A stretch of 64,000 nt of DNA from Minisyncoccia bacterium (GCA_038212075.1 JBBQUV010000005.1:9984-73983); one strand, 5' to 3'; positions 36,446 to 45,930 are shown, counted from the first letter of the stretch. Numbers and translations are program-made. Notes: generated by a model from the sequence alone, not told the origin.

Positions 36446-38359
36446 ATGTCTGCGGAAGGAATGTCAGGTGCGTCAAAAACAAAAAAAGAAAACGAAGGCA
36501 GTGATGCCCCTGCGTTTGTTAAAGACTTTTCGCGCGAGCAAAGTAAGGAGAGTCGTTCGGAACTTGCGCAAAAAATTCGTGCAGAACGCACGGAACAGTT
36601 TGAACAAAAAGATGAACAGGCAAAACTAGTGAGCGAGTTGGGATCACTCAGTAAACAGCTTGATGAATACAATGATGCTTCATTTCTAAACAAGATTAAA
36701 GACTACTTTAAAATGCGCGCGACGCGAGAAAAGCTTGGCCTCGTTACAGCGGAAAAAGGAACCGTTGACACCGCACTCGCAGACAACAATCCAAATCAAG
36801 ACGGAAAAGATGCTATCGGTGACTTCTACGAAAAAGAAAAACAAACGTGGGCAAATGCAGACTATGCAAAGGAAGATATCGCACAGCACTTTACGGAAGA
36901 AAACCTTGCCGCGCTTTCAATAGACGATTACGCACTTCTTATGAAACGATTTCCTTCAGAAATGGTAACGCACGTAACGCGGCAGGGTATTCGTGACCAC
37001 ACGGGCATGTTTTTTCATTCAGCAGGACAAGATGTTTTTTCCCATGGTTTTGAAAAGATGCTTGAAGACGGTAAGCGTCTAAAATCTCCTCTCGCTGTTC
37101 GGCTTGCTGAAGGAGCAAAGGACGAAGCGGTTATACGCGCGATAACCCCCGTTACGATGAACGGAGCAATACCACCAGAGTCTCGTGAACAAGCTCTTGA
37201 GTATCTACACAGTATGGTAAACAAATATGACGATTCGGCGAGTGTTCACTTTGCTGCCGAAGAAGTCGCCGACAACTATTACGGTTCGGAAAAAGGTAAC
37301 GAAATTTTTATGACGTATCCGTCAGCTTTTATCGCATCGCAATACTACTCTGGTCACACCGACGCCACAATGCAAAGTGGAGATAAAATGTGGAACGATG
37401 TATGGGTACGAGATAGAGATGAGAAGGGTATGAATCTGGATGCCGCTATCACCTTCATACCAAAATCCGCACGCGTAGACCCTCGTAATGGTTCGCGGTA
37501 TGAAATAGGACAAGATGGTGCGCCAGCAAGAAATGAGGCGGCATATCAGGGTCTTGCGGCACTCGCGTCGCACCCAGAAGTTGCATCGCTTGGCGAACAG
37601 GTAAACCAAATATTAGGTAAGGTGAGTGAAGAGCTCCCGCCACCTTCCACATGGGAAAAAGAATTGAACGACACTAGCCTCAGAGGATATCCGTATAAAG
37701 AAGCGCTCCAAGCGTTGTTGCCCATACGAGACAAAATAAAGGAAATAACCGGAATAACCGATGATCGGATATTGAAAAGCATTTTAGAGTCTCGAAGTGC
37801 TGGTCAGGTAAAGCCGAATATCAATGATCTTGCTAGAGAGTTTTCGCAGAGCGAAAACTCGGGCGCTAAAGCTGGTTTGGACGGTGCCGTAAATAAAATT
37901 CTCGAATCCTCTGGAGCACGTTTCCTTGAAGCAAAAAATACCGTTTCTTCGGAAGAGTATTGGCAGAACTATTTTTCTGAGCATACAGATTTGCGTCCTT
38001 CAAAAGTAGTGTTTTACGAAGGAGATGATCCAAGTAAGGCACTCACGGCGTGGAAGCAAAAGATGGGTCTAACTAAAACAAACAAAGCAGAAAACATGGG
38101 ATTTGCTGAACGTCGATTCACTGACACTGATGGCGCTGGTTTTGGTTCCGATAGATTTGAATCTATGGCGCAGAAAGTGATAGATGAACGTTTCCCTGAA
38201 CAAGAAGAAGTTGCTCCTGTGATTAGGGAAGAAAGCGAATCCAACCCGTTACGCAACACGAAGTATCCAGAAGAAATGCTTGATGAAGAACCACCTCCAC
38301 TTCCGCCGGAAGATATTCCTGTCCGTCGTCCGCCACCTCCACCCCCGCCAATAGGGTAG
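36446..38359 (+). CDS. hypothetical protein (about 637 aa, no signal peptide) with C-terminal acidic poly-proline tail EEPPPLPPEDIPVRRPPPPPPPIG
   Basis: ATG 36446 preferred over TTG 36440; no recognised domain; tail motif shared with the protein at 52870-53937. Confidence 0.5.
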   Translation: MSAEGMSGASKTKKENEGSDAPAFVKDFSREQSKESRSELAQKIRAERTEQFEQKDEQAKLVSELGSLSKQLDEYNDASFLNKIKDYFKMRATREKLGLVTAEKGTVDTALADNNPNQDGKDAIGDFYEKEKQTWANADYAKEDIAQHFTEENLAALSIDDYALLMKRFPSEMVTHVTRQGIRDHTGMFFHSAGQDVFSHGFEKMLEDGKRLKSPLAVRLAEGAKDEAVIRAITPVTMNGAIPPESREQALEYLHSMVNKYDDSASVHFAAEEVADNYYGSEKGNEIFMTYPSAFIASQYYSGHTDATMQSGDKMWNDVWVRDRDEKGMNLDAAITFIPKSARVDPRNGSRYEIGQDGAPARNEAAYQGLAALASHPEVASLGEQVNQILGKVSEELPPPSTWEKELNDTSLRGYPYKEALQALLPIRDKIKEITGITDDRILKSILESRSAGQVKPNINDLAREFSQSENSGAKAGLDGAVNKILESSGARFLEAKNTVSSEEYWQNYFSEHTDLRPSKVVFYEGDDPSKALTAWKQKMGLTKTNKAENMGFAERRFTDTDGAGFGSDRFESMAQKVIDERFPEQEEVAPVIREESESNPLRNTKYPEEMLDEEPPPLPPEDIPVRRPPPPPPPIG

Positions 38360-38369
38360 TATTACTGGT

Positions 38370-38597
38370 ATGGCTGACGAAAAACAATTTGATACTAGTG
38401 CCGCGATGAACAGACAGAAGAGCTTTGTGGCGGATGCGCAGAAGGCTCGTGATGGACTCAATACCGATGTTATTAACTATTACTTCGAGCGCACCCCGAA
38501 AGATGAATCAGATGAAAAAACAAACCGCGACGCAATACGAAAATACGTACTTGTTGCCCGTGATCGTCTCAATGATTTACTTGATAGGCTTCGCTAG
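38370..38597 (+). CDS. hypothetical small protein (75 aa)
   Basis: ORF only; charged, helical-looking. Confidence 0.3.
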   Translation: MADEKQFDTSAAMNRQKSFVADAQKARDGLNTDVINYYFERTPKDESDEKTNRDAIRKYVLVARDRLNDLLDRLR

Positions 38598-38603
38598 GTA
38601 GGT

Positions 38604-39032
38604 ATGAAAAAAGGTGAGGACTATACCGGCGTTACGGTTGTATATACCTGCCACGACGGACAGGGGAATTTTTTGTTAAGTAAACGGGGAGTGAACTGTC
38701 GTGATGAACATGGTACGTGGGACCCTGGCGGGGGCGGAGTTGAGTTTGGTGAAACTCTTGAACAAACGCTTCGCAAGGAACTTATGGAAGAATATTGTGT
38801 GGAGCCAATTAGTTTTGAATTTCTTGGATTTCGCGAAGTACATCGAACACACTCAGAGAAACCAACTCACTGGATTGCCTTTGATTTTAAAGTACTTGTA
38901 GACCCTGCACAGGCAAAAAATGGTGAACCGCACAAAATGGATGAAATCGGTTGGTTTCGGCTTGATGCACTTCCAACACCACTCCACTCACAGTATCCTT
39001 TTTTTCTAGAAAAATATCGCGATAAACTCTAA
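38604..39032 (+). CDS. NUDIX hydrolase
   Basis: Nudix box GGGVEFGETLEQTLRKELMEEYCV (GX5EX7REUXEEXGU). Confidence 0.8.
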   Translation: MKKGEDYTGVTVVYTCHDGQGNFLLSKRGVNCRDEHGTWDPGGGGVEFGETLEQTLRKELMEEYCVEPISFEFLGFREVHRTHSEKPTHWIAFDFKVLVDPAQAKNGEPHKMDEIGWFRLDALPTPLHSQYPFFLEKYRDKL

Positions 39033-39081
39033 CGCTTGCGCGTAGGTGTTTTTTCCTGTTTAGTACAAGGGAAACAGCCCT

Positions 39082-39867
39082 TTGACAGGGCAGAAAGGGG
39101 GCTCAATGCCCAGTACCACTACCAAAAGTAAAGAGAAACCATCGCGTGCTGTACGACGGCAGGCGGCACACACCAGGCGAGTCGTTCGTTCGGTGGCGCG
39201 CCGATACCTTCAGTCGAAGGATCCACGTGCGCACATTCCGCACTGGTTGCGTCCGAAACTGGAGTTTCTGCATTCGCACAAAGAGAACAAGGAATTGTTC
39301 TTTGAGCGCATTGCGGAAATTTTTCCCAAGTCGGACGCGCGGTACAAACTCATCGAGCACGCCTACGACACTGCCAAGAAGGCATTTCGTCTGCGGAAGC
39401 GCGATGACGGCACGCGGTATTTTGAACACCTTCGTGCGGCGGCGCTCATCGGTATCGTGTACTTGCGGTTGCGTGATGCCAATCTCATCGCCGCAATTTT
39501 GCTTCACGACATCATTGAAGATACTCCGTGGACGCGCGACAGGCTCGCTCACGAGTTCAACGAGGATGTTGCAGACTTGGTTTGGTGGGTGTCAAAGCCT
39601 GAGATTAGCAAGGTGCTACCCACCAAGGAAGACGTTGATCGCAAGTATCATCGGCAACTGCGCAACGCGCCGCGTCGGGCAATAATCATCAAGATGTGCG
39701 ACCGTCTGCACAACTTGATCACCTTATGGTCGCAAAAAATTGAAAAAATGCGCGACAAGGTCGTGGAGACCCGTGATCACATCATTCCACTTGCTGAAGA
39801 ACATCAACTCATGATTCATGAGATTGAAGATGTCCTGCGGATGGTGGAGAAGCGGTACGATATCTGA
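39082..39867 (+). CDS. RelA/SpoT-type HD-domain protein (putative (p)ppGpp hydrolase, synthetase domain absent)
   Basis: HD motif LLHDIIEDT preceded by ALIGIVYLRL..; 261 aa; basic N-terminal extension; alternative start 39106. Confidence 0.65.
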   Translation: MTGQKGGSMPSTTTKSKEKPSRAVRRQAAHTRRVVRSVARRYLQSKDPRAHIPHWLRPKLEFLHSHKENKELFFERIAEIFPKSDARYKLIEHAYDTAKKAFRLRKRDDGTRYFEHLRAAALIGIVYLRLRDANLIAAILLHDIIEDTPWTRDRLAHEFNEDVADLVWWVSKPEISKVLPTKEDVDRKYHRQLRNAPRRAIIIKMCDRLHNLITLWSQKIEKMRDKVVETRDHIIPLAEEHQLMIHEIEDVLRMVEKRYDI

Positions 39868-39893
39868 ATTTTTGCCCTGGAACCTGAACTTGA

Positions 39894-39930
39894 AATAGGA
39901 CTGCGCCTTACGGTGCCGTCCTATTTTTTA
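39894..39930 (+). terminator. rho-independent terminator after the HD-domain gene
   Basis: ATAGGAC...GTCCTAT stem followed by TTTTTTA. Confidence 0.55.
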
Positions 39931-39937
39931 ACAACAC

Positions 39938-39965
39938 TTGCCAGAATGTTTCCATGTTCTATACT
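39938..39965 (+). promoter_or_regulatory. sigma-70-type promoter TTGCCA-N16-TATACT ending 6 nt before ATG 39972 (leaderless lemA transcript)
   Basis: TTGCCA 39938-39943; TATACT 39960-39965. Confidence 0.45.
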
Positions 39966-39971
39966 ATATAT

Positions 39972-40526
39972 ATGACTACTATCTATATCATTCTTGCAAT
40001 TATTGTGGTGCTCGTGCTTTGGGTAATTGCCGCATATAACGGATTTGTAACACTCGTGAACCGTGCAAAAGAAGCATGGTCGGACATTGATGTTCAACTG
40101 AAGCGTCGCTACGATCTTATTCCAAACTTGGTTGAAGCAGTGAAAGGCTATGCCGCTCATGAATCTGCGGCGTTTGAAAACGTTACCAAAGCGCGCTCTG
40201 CCGCTATGGGTGCAACGGGTACAGCGGGAAAGGCACAGGCAGAAAATATGCTCACGGGCGCTCTTAAATCTTTGTTTGCTGTTTCGGAGGCATACCCAGA
40301 TTTGAAGGCGAATCAAAACTTTCTTGATCTCCAGCGCAATCTTGCCGACACTGAAGATAAAATTCAAGCATCGCGCCGTTTCTACAATTCCACCGTGAAA
40401 GACCTCAACACAAAAATTGAGTCATTCCCTGGTAATGTGATTGCTTCGAATTTCCACTTTGCCAAAATGGATTTGTTTGAACTAACCGACGAAGCCGCAA
40501 AAGAACCAGTTAAAGTCAGTTTCTAA
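39972..40526 (+). CDS. lemA: LemA-family protein (start 39972 preferred; ORF track 39954)
   Basis: N-terminal TM then YNGFVTLVNRAKEAWSDIDVQLKRRYDLIPNLVEAVKGYAAHE LemA signature. Confidence 0.8.
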   Translation: MTTIYIILAIIVVLVLWVIAAYNGFVTLVNRAKEAWSDIDVQLKRRYDLIPNLVEAVKGYAAHESAAFENVTKARSAAMGATGTAGKAQAENMLTGALKSLFAVSEAYPDLKANQNFLDLQRNLADTEDKIQASRRFYNSTVKDLNTKIESFPGNVIASNFHFAKMDLFELTDEAAKEPVKVSF

Positions 40527-40544
40527 CGTTTTCTTCGGGCGCTT

Positions 40545-41444
40545 ATGTCGTTATACCAAGAACAATCAGCAAATGTGCGAAGGACGTATCTGCTTATGGC
40601 AGGGTTCTTGGTGGTTGTTATTGCTGTTGGCTATATCGTTTCGTGGTACTACCAGTCACCAGGGCTTTTGTATGTTGCCATCGTGTTTGCGGTGGGAATG
40701 AATTTTTATGCGTATTGGAATTCTGATAAGCAAGTGCTTTCAATGACAAACGCTCGCCCAGCAACGCGCGAAGAGTTTTTTGATTTCTATACTGTCGCCG
40801 AAAATCTTTCCATCACTGCGGGTATGCAAACACCAAAACTCTATGTGATAAACGACCCGGCACCAAATGCCTTTGCAACGGGACGAAACGAGAAACATGC
40901 TGTTATCTGTGCCACTACCGGATTGCTATCTATGATGACCCGTCCAGAACTTGAGGGGGTGATTGCTCATGAACTCTCGCATGTGCGTAATCGCGATATT
41001 TTGCTTATGACTACCGCAGTAGTACTTGCCGGCTTTGTCGCCATTATCGCCGACATCTTTTTACGAATGTCCTTTATGGGTGGGGGACGGCGCGGCGACA
41101 GGGAAGGCGGTAATGCGCTTTTTATGATTCTTGCTGTTGTCGGCATTGTGCTTGCGCCCCTTGCGGCAACACTTATTGAACTTGCCATATCGCGCCGGCG
41201 TGAATATCTTGCAGATGCGTCCGGCGCGCTTCTTACCCGTTATCCGGAAGGACTTGCTTCAGCACTACAAAAAATCGGAAACTATGCGATGCCTATGCAA
41301 AAGCCTTCCCACGCTACTGCGCATCTTTTTATTGGGGATCCGTTTGGCGCAAAACCCTCGGACTGGATTGACCGTATGTTTTCAACACATCCGCCGATCG
41401 CCGATCGCGTAAAAGCGCTTTTAGGAAATGCTTCGGCAGAATAA
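40545..41444 (+). CDS. htpX: M48-family zinc metalloprotease, HtpX-like
   Basis: 299 aa; HELSHV (HExxH) after TM helices; common LemA-HtpX-like gene pairing. Confidence 0.75.
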   Translation: MSLYQEQSANVRRTYLLMAGFLVVVIAVGYIVSWYYQSPGLLYVAIVFAVGMNFYAYWNSDKQVLSMTNARPATREEFFDFYTVAENLSITAGMQTPKLYVINDPAPNAFATGRNEKHAVICATTGLLSMMTRPELEGVIAHELSHVRNRDILLMTTAVVLAGFVAIIADIFLRMSFMGGGRRGDREGGNALFMILAVVGIVLAPLAATLIELAISRRREYLADASGALLTRYPEGLASALQKIGNYAMPMQKPSHATAHLFIGDPFGAKPSDWIDRMFSTHPPIADRVKALLGNASAE

Positions 41445-41470
41445 GGGTTTTGTGCTATAAATCGTTGCAC

Positions 41471-41555
41471 GGAGGCGTCGCATAGCGGTCTAGTGCGCAC
41501 GCTTGGAAAGCGTGTGTGGGGCAACCCACCGAGAGTTCGAATCTCTCCGCCTCCG
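41471..41555 (+). tRNA. tRNA-Ser (anticodon GGA), class II with long variable arm; no encoded CCA
   Basis: acceptor GGAGGCG/CGCCTCC; anticodon stem CACGC/GCGTG with loop TTGGAAA; variable arm GTGGG-GCAA-CCCAC; T-arm GAGAG-TTCGAAT-CTCTC; 85 nt. Confidence 0.85.
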
Positions 41556-41558
41556 CAC

Positions 41559-41900
41559 ATGGAATTTTCAGGCATCGTACAAAAAGGAAGGGGTGAAGGA
41601 GCGGTTTTCGGATTTCCGACGGCTAACATTCCGCTTGCTGGCGTGGACATTTCTGGCGTGTATGCGGGGGTGGCTACCCTTGATGGGAAAAAATATCAGG
41701 CGGCGATATATGTAGACCAGCGTCGTCAGCTTCTTGAGGCGCATTTGTTTGACTATTCAGATGATGCCTACGGAAAAGAGATGCACGTTACGCTTGGGGT
41801 ACACATTCGTGAGGACGAAATTTTTGCTACCGAAAAGGAAATCATTGAGCAAATCGCCAAAGACGTCGCAACTATTCGGGCTCTGAAACCTACTATATAA
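41559..41900 (+). CDS. riboflavin kinase (RibF C-terminal-domain type, stand-alone)
   Basis: 113 aa; GIVQKGRGEGAVFGFPTANI flavokinase signature; the ORF-track start 41493 overlaps the tRNA and is rejected. Confidence 0.7.
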   Translation: MEFSGIVQKGRGEGAVFGFPTANIPLAGVDISGVYAGVATLDGKKYQAAIYVDQRRQLLEAHLFDYSDDAYGKEMHVTLGVHIREDEIFATEKEIIEQIAKDVATIRALKPTI

Positions 41901-41904
41901 AGCT

Positions 41905-42495
41905 ATGTTTACCGGCATTATTGAAGCAAAATCGAAAGTAACATCCACGACCTCTGAAGAAAATGGGGTGTGTGTTGTTGTTGAGAAACCAAAAGGATGG
42001 AAGCTCATCAAAGGTCAAAGCATTGCGATAGATGGCATTTGCTCCACAGTCATTGGATCAACCGCAACCACTCTGGCTGTGCAGTTTATGCCGGAGACAC
42101 TTTCTAAAACAACGGCACGCAATTTTCAAAAGGGGAGCGTGCTCAATCTTGAACGCTCGCTTCGGCTGAATCAGTTTGTGGATGGACATCTTACACAAGG
42201 GCACGTTGATGCACGCGTAACAGTACTGAACGTTGAACGTTCTGGTATGAAGCACTTAATCACGGTCGCAATTCCTTCAGCACTCAAATCGTATGTTGCC
42301 GAGCACGGATCCATCACGTTAAACGGAGTGAGTCTAACGGTTGCGCGCACAGGACGGGCAACGGCTACGGTCGCGCTCATCCCCTACACTCTAGAACACA
42401 CCAATTTTGCACAGGTTAAAAAAGGCGACACGGTGAATCTTGAAGTGGATTTAATTGCACGGTACGTCATCCATAATCGTCGTGTGCTAAAGTAG
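41905..42495 (+). CDS. ribE: riboflavin synthase alpha subunit
   Basis: 196 aa; MFTGIIE start and two lumazine-binding repeats. Confidence 0.85.
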   Translation: MFTGIIEAKSKVTSTTSEENGVCVVVEKPKGWKLIKGQSIAIDGICSTVIGSTATTLAVQFMPETLSKTTARNFQKGSVLNLERSLRLNQFVDGHLTQGHVDARVTVLNVERSGMKHLITVAIPSALKSYVAEHGSITLNGVSLTVARTGRATATVALIPYTLEHTNFAQVKKGDTVNLEVDLIARYVIHNRRVLK

Positions 42496-42499
42496 CGCC

Positions 42500-42964
42500 A
42501 TGAGAAGGAACACGGATACTGCGCCCATAAAAGACGCCTCGAAGCTTGCGGTCGGCATTGTTGTTTCTACCTACAATGAAGACATCACGGCCACTCTTTT
42601 TGATGGCGCCACTAAAACGCTTGGCGCATGGGGAGTGCAGGAAAAAAATATTCGCATCGTACGGGTATCGGGTGCTTTTGAAATTCCGTTTGCATGCCTT
42701 ACGCTTCTGTCACAAAAGAAAAAACCCAATGCCATCATCACTCTTGGGTGCATTGTAAAAGGCGAAACAGAACATGATAGGCATCTTGCCGCGGCTGTCA
42801 CGCAAGGAATTATGGATGTGTCGCTTCAATACCGCACACCTATTTCGCTTGGTGTGCTCACCACTAACAATCTTGCTCAAGCACGGGCGCGCTCTATAGG
42901 AAAAAATAACGCTGGCGTGGGGGCAACTATTGCCGCGCTTGAACTAGCATTGCTGAAGCGATAA
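42500..42964 (+). CDS. ribH: 6,7-dimethyl-8-ribityllumazine synthase
   Basis: 154 aa; VGIVVSTYNEDIT..VSGAFEIPF blocks. Confidence 0.85.
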   Translation: MRRNTDTAPIKDASKLAVGIVVSTYNEDITATLFDGATKTLGAWGVQEKNIRIVRVSGAFEIPFACLTLLSQKKKPNAIITLGCIVKGETEHDRHLAAAVTQGIMDVSLQYRTPISLGVLTTNNLAQARARSIGKNNAGVGATIAALELALLKR

Positions 42965-43437
42965 TGAAGCAAATCGCTCTCTATATCCTCGGCTTCAGCG
43001 CCCTCCTTGTTTTTACCGTTCTCGGTTTTTGGTATGCTCATCGCAACGAATATGCGCCCACGAGTGCTGTTTTTACGACCGCAATTCTTTCGGACACCAC
43101 TACGTTCACTTTTGAACTAGCCGACACGGATCAAAAACAGATTCAAGGACTATCAGGACGTGCATCAATTCCAAATAACTACGGAATGCTTTTTACTTTT
43201 AAAACAGACGACCAATACGCCTTTTGGATGAAGGATATGTTGGTACCCATAGACATCATTTGGTTATCGGACAACGGGACGATTCTTGGTGTTGAAGATT
43301 CTATTTCACCAGACACCTATCCAGCTGTCTTTTATCCTCCACAACCTGTCCGATATGTCCTTGAAACACGCGCAGGAGAATCACGTCTTTTAAACTGGAC
43401 TACCGGCACACACGTACCTATTCCCTTGAAAGATTAG
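42964..43437 (+). CDS. DUF192-family protein (secreted)
   Basis: 157 aa; N-terminal TM; GMLFTF...VPIDIIWL core typical of DUF192/COG1430. Confidence 0.65.
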   Translation: MKQIALYILGFSALLVFTVLGFWYAHRNEYAPTSAVFTTAILSDTTTFTFELADTDQKQIQGLSGRASIPNNYGMLFTFKTDDQYAFWMKDMLVPIDIIWLSDNGTILGVEDSISPDTYPAVFYPPQPVRYVLETRAGESRLLNWTTGTHVPIPLKD

Positions 43438-43545
43438 CGCAATGTTTCCTTGTGCGATGTCCACAGGACATCCGTGGATTACGGGGGTACACTAAATCTC
43501 CAATCGTTTTTTGCGCGTTTTCATTACTCATTTTTTGCCTCTCGT

Positions 43546-45930
43546 ATGTCAAAAGCCGCCGTTAAATCTGTCTCAAAAATCGCTCCGAAAACCGCCCCCA
43601 AAGCGGAACCTGTTGCAAAAGTTGAAGAGTCAAGAGAGACGAAGCGGTACCGAGAAATCATTCCCCAGATTGAAAAACGCGATGGACGAATGACTTCGTT
43701 TTCATTTGAAAAAATTGTGAGTGCGATTCATAAGGCAATGATTGCGGCGGGTGAGGGAAGTGCAGAAGACGCAACACTGGTTGGCCACCAAGTGGCGGGA
43801 GAGCTCGCCCGTTTCGGAAAAAAATACAAAAACTTTCTTCCCACCGTTGAGGGTATTCAGGATTCTGTTGAAAAACAGTTGATGTTGAACGATTACATTT
43901 CCGCGGCGAAGTCCTATATTTTGTACCGCGATAAGCGCGCACAAATGCGCAGTGAACAAGTAGAAGTTCCGGAAAATGTTCGTGCACTCGCTGAAGAAAG
44001 CAAAAAATATTTCAAAGATAACCAAATGGGAGAGTTTGTATATTTGCGCACCTACTCGCGTTGGATTCCAACTGAAGGCCGGCGCGAAACTTATGTGGAA
44101 ACGGTGAATCGGTACATTGCGTTTATGCGTGAAAATCTCGGTAACAAACTTACGGAGAAAGAATATGCGGAAGTTCGTGAAGCAGTGTTAACCCAGAAGG
44201 CGATGCCCTCTATGCGACTCCTGCAATTCTCGGGAGAAGCGGCGCGTCGTTGCAATGTGTGTGCGTATAACTGCTCGTTCATTGCACCAACAAAAGTACG
44301 CGACTTCGCGGAAATTATGTACATCTCTATGTCGGGCACGGGCGTTGGTTTTTCTGCAGAAAGCCGCTTCGTAGAACAGTTGCCGCAGATTGGGATTCAG
44401 GCTGGAAAGAAACGCGCTACCTTTGTCGTTCCCGATTCAACGGTAGGGTGGTGCGATGCGCTCGTTGTAGGCATGGAGGCGTGGTACGCCGGCGAAGATA
44501 TTGAGTTTGATTTCTCGCTTGTTCGTCCTGCAGGTGCTCGTCTTTCTACCAAGGGTGGAAAAGCGTCGGGTCCTGAACCGCTTCAAAATCTGCTTGCCTT
44601 CGCTCGTTCCAAAATTTTGGGACGCCAAGGTCGCCGTCTGCGCACTATTGATGTGCACGATCTCATTTGTAAAATTGGCGAAAATGTTGTGTCGGGCGGC
44701 GTACGTCGTAGCGCACTCATCTCACTTTCAGACTTGGATGACAGTGATATCCGCCATGCAAAAGACGGTCAATTTTATCTAACGGAAGGCCAGCGTTCGC
44801 TCGCAAACAATTCTGCGGTATACGAACAGAAACCGACAGTAGAAGAATTTATGGATGAATGGTTTGCGCTCGTGAAAGGGAAGACAGGAGAGCGCGGCAT
44901 CTTCAATCGTGGCGGACTTGCAACAGCACTTCCGCAACGCCGTCTAAAACTGTTTGAAAAGAAAGGCTATATGGTGAATGGCCGTGTGATGGGTCCTATC
45001 GGTACCAATCCTTGCGGTGAAATTATTCTGCAATCAAAACAGTTCTGCAACCTTACTGAAGTCGTATGTCGTGCTGAAGATACAGTAGAAACATTGAAGA
45101 AAAAAGTACGGGTTGCAACTATTCTTGGCACCTACCAAGCATCACTCACTGATTTCAAATATATTTCCGAAGAATGGAAGCAGAACTGCGAAGACGAAGC
45201 ACTTCTTGGCGTATCGCTCACGGGGCAGTGGGATTGTCCCGTAATCCGCAACGCTGACACCTTGAGGCTTCTTCGCGACGAGGCACTCAAGGTGAATCGT
45301 CAGTATGCCAAGAAGTTTGGCATTAAAGAGTCGACCTGCATTGAAACCACGAAGCCGTCTGGCAATCTTTCGCAGACAGTGAATTGTTCAAGTGGCATGC
45401 ATCCACGTTTTTCTCCGTACTATGTAAAGCGTGTGCGTATTGCGGTGACGGACTCATTGTTCAAAATGCTTCGCGACCAAGGTGTTCCATTTCATCCGGA
45501 AGTGGGGCAGACAATGGAGAACGCAACCACGTATGTGTTTGAATTTCCTATGAAAGCGCCTGAAGGAACGAAAGTGTTTGCCAACACACTTTCTGCAATT
45601 GAACAGCTTGAGCACTGGAAGATGGTGAAGGTGAATTGGACCGAACACAATCCATCACAAACTATCTACATTAGTTCAACCGAATGGCTTGAAGTGGCAA
45701 ACTGGCTCTATTCAAACTGGGATATCGTTGGCGGACTGTCATTTTTGCCGCGCGAAGACCACGTATATCGCCTTGCGCCGTACGAAGCTATTACAAAAGA
45801 GAAGTACGAACAGCTTCTCAAGGCGTTTCCACAGATTGATTTCGGAAAACTGTATGCGTATGAGCGCCAGGACGAAACCGATCTTAAAGCTCAACTTGCG
45901 TGCGTAGGGAACACGTGCGAAATCGTTTAG
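43546..45930 (+). CDS. ribonucleoside reductase with N-terminal ATP-cone (monomeric class II / NrdJ-like is most likely; no nrdB nearby)
   Basis: ATP-cone KRDGRMTSFSFEKIVSAIHKA; RNR catalytic blocks YLRTYSRW, GPIGTNPCGEI (thiyl-radical Cys); ATG 43546 preferred over the upstream extension. Confidence 0.75.
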   Translation: MSKAAVKSVSKIAPKTAPKAEPVAKVEESRETKRYREIIPQIEKRDGRMTSFSFEKIVSAIHKAMIAAGEGSAEDATLVGHQVAGELARFGKKYKNFLPTVEGIQDSVEKQLMLNDYISAAKSYILYRDKRAQMRSEQVEVPENVRALAEESKKYFKDNQMGEFVYLRTYSRWIPTEGRRETYVETVNRYIAFMRENLGNKLTEKEYAEVREAVLTQKAMPSMRLLQFSGEAARRCNVCAYNCSFIAPTKVRDFAEIMYISMSGTGVGFSAESRFVEQLPQIGIQAGKKRATFVVPDSTVGWCDALVVGMEAWYAGEDIEFDFSLVRPAGARLSTKGGKASGPEPLQNLLAFARSKILGRQGRRLRTIDVHDLICKIGENVVSGGVRRSALISLSDLDDSDIRHAKDGQFYLTEGQRSLANNSAVYEQKPTVEEFMDEWFALVKGKTGERGIFNRGGLATALPQRRLKLFEKKGYMVNGRVMGPIGTNPCGEIILQSKQFCNLTEVVCRAEDTVETLKKKVRVATILGTYQASLTDFKYISEEWKQNCEDEALLGVSLTGQWDCPVIRNADTLRLLRDEALKVNRQYAKKFGIKESTCIETTKPSGNLSQTVNCSSGMHPRFSPYYVKRVRIAVTDSLFKMLRDQGVPFHPEVGQTMENATTYVFEFPMKAPEGTKVFANTLSAIEQLEHWKMVKVNWTEHNPSQTIYISSTEWLEVANWLYSNWDIVGGLSFLPREDHVYRLAPYEAITKEKYEQLLKAFPQIDFGKLYAYERQDETDLKAQLACVGNTCEIV

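Noticed and set aside
41493-41558. Upstream part of ORF 41493-41900 overlapping tRNA-Ser
   Set aside because: These codons lie inside the tRNA gene. The flavokinase domain begins at Met 41559.
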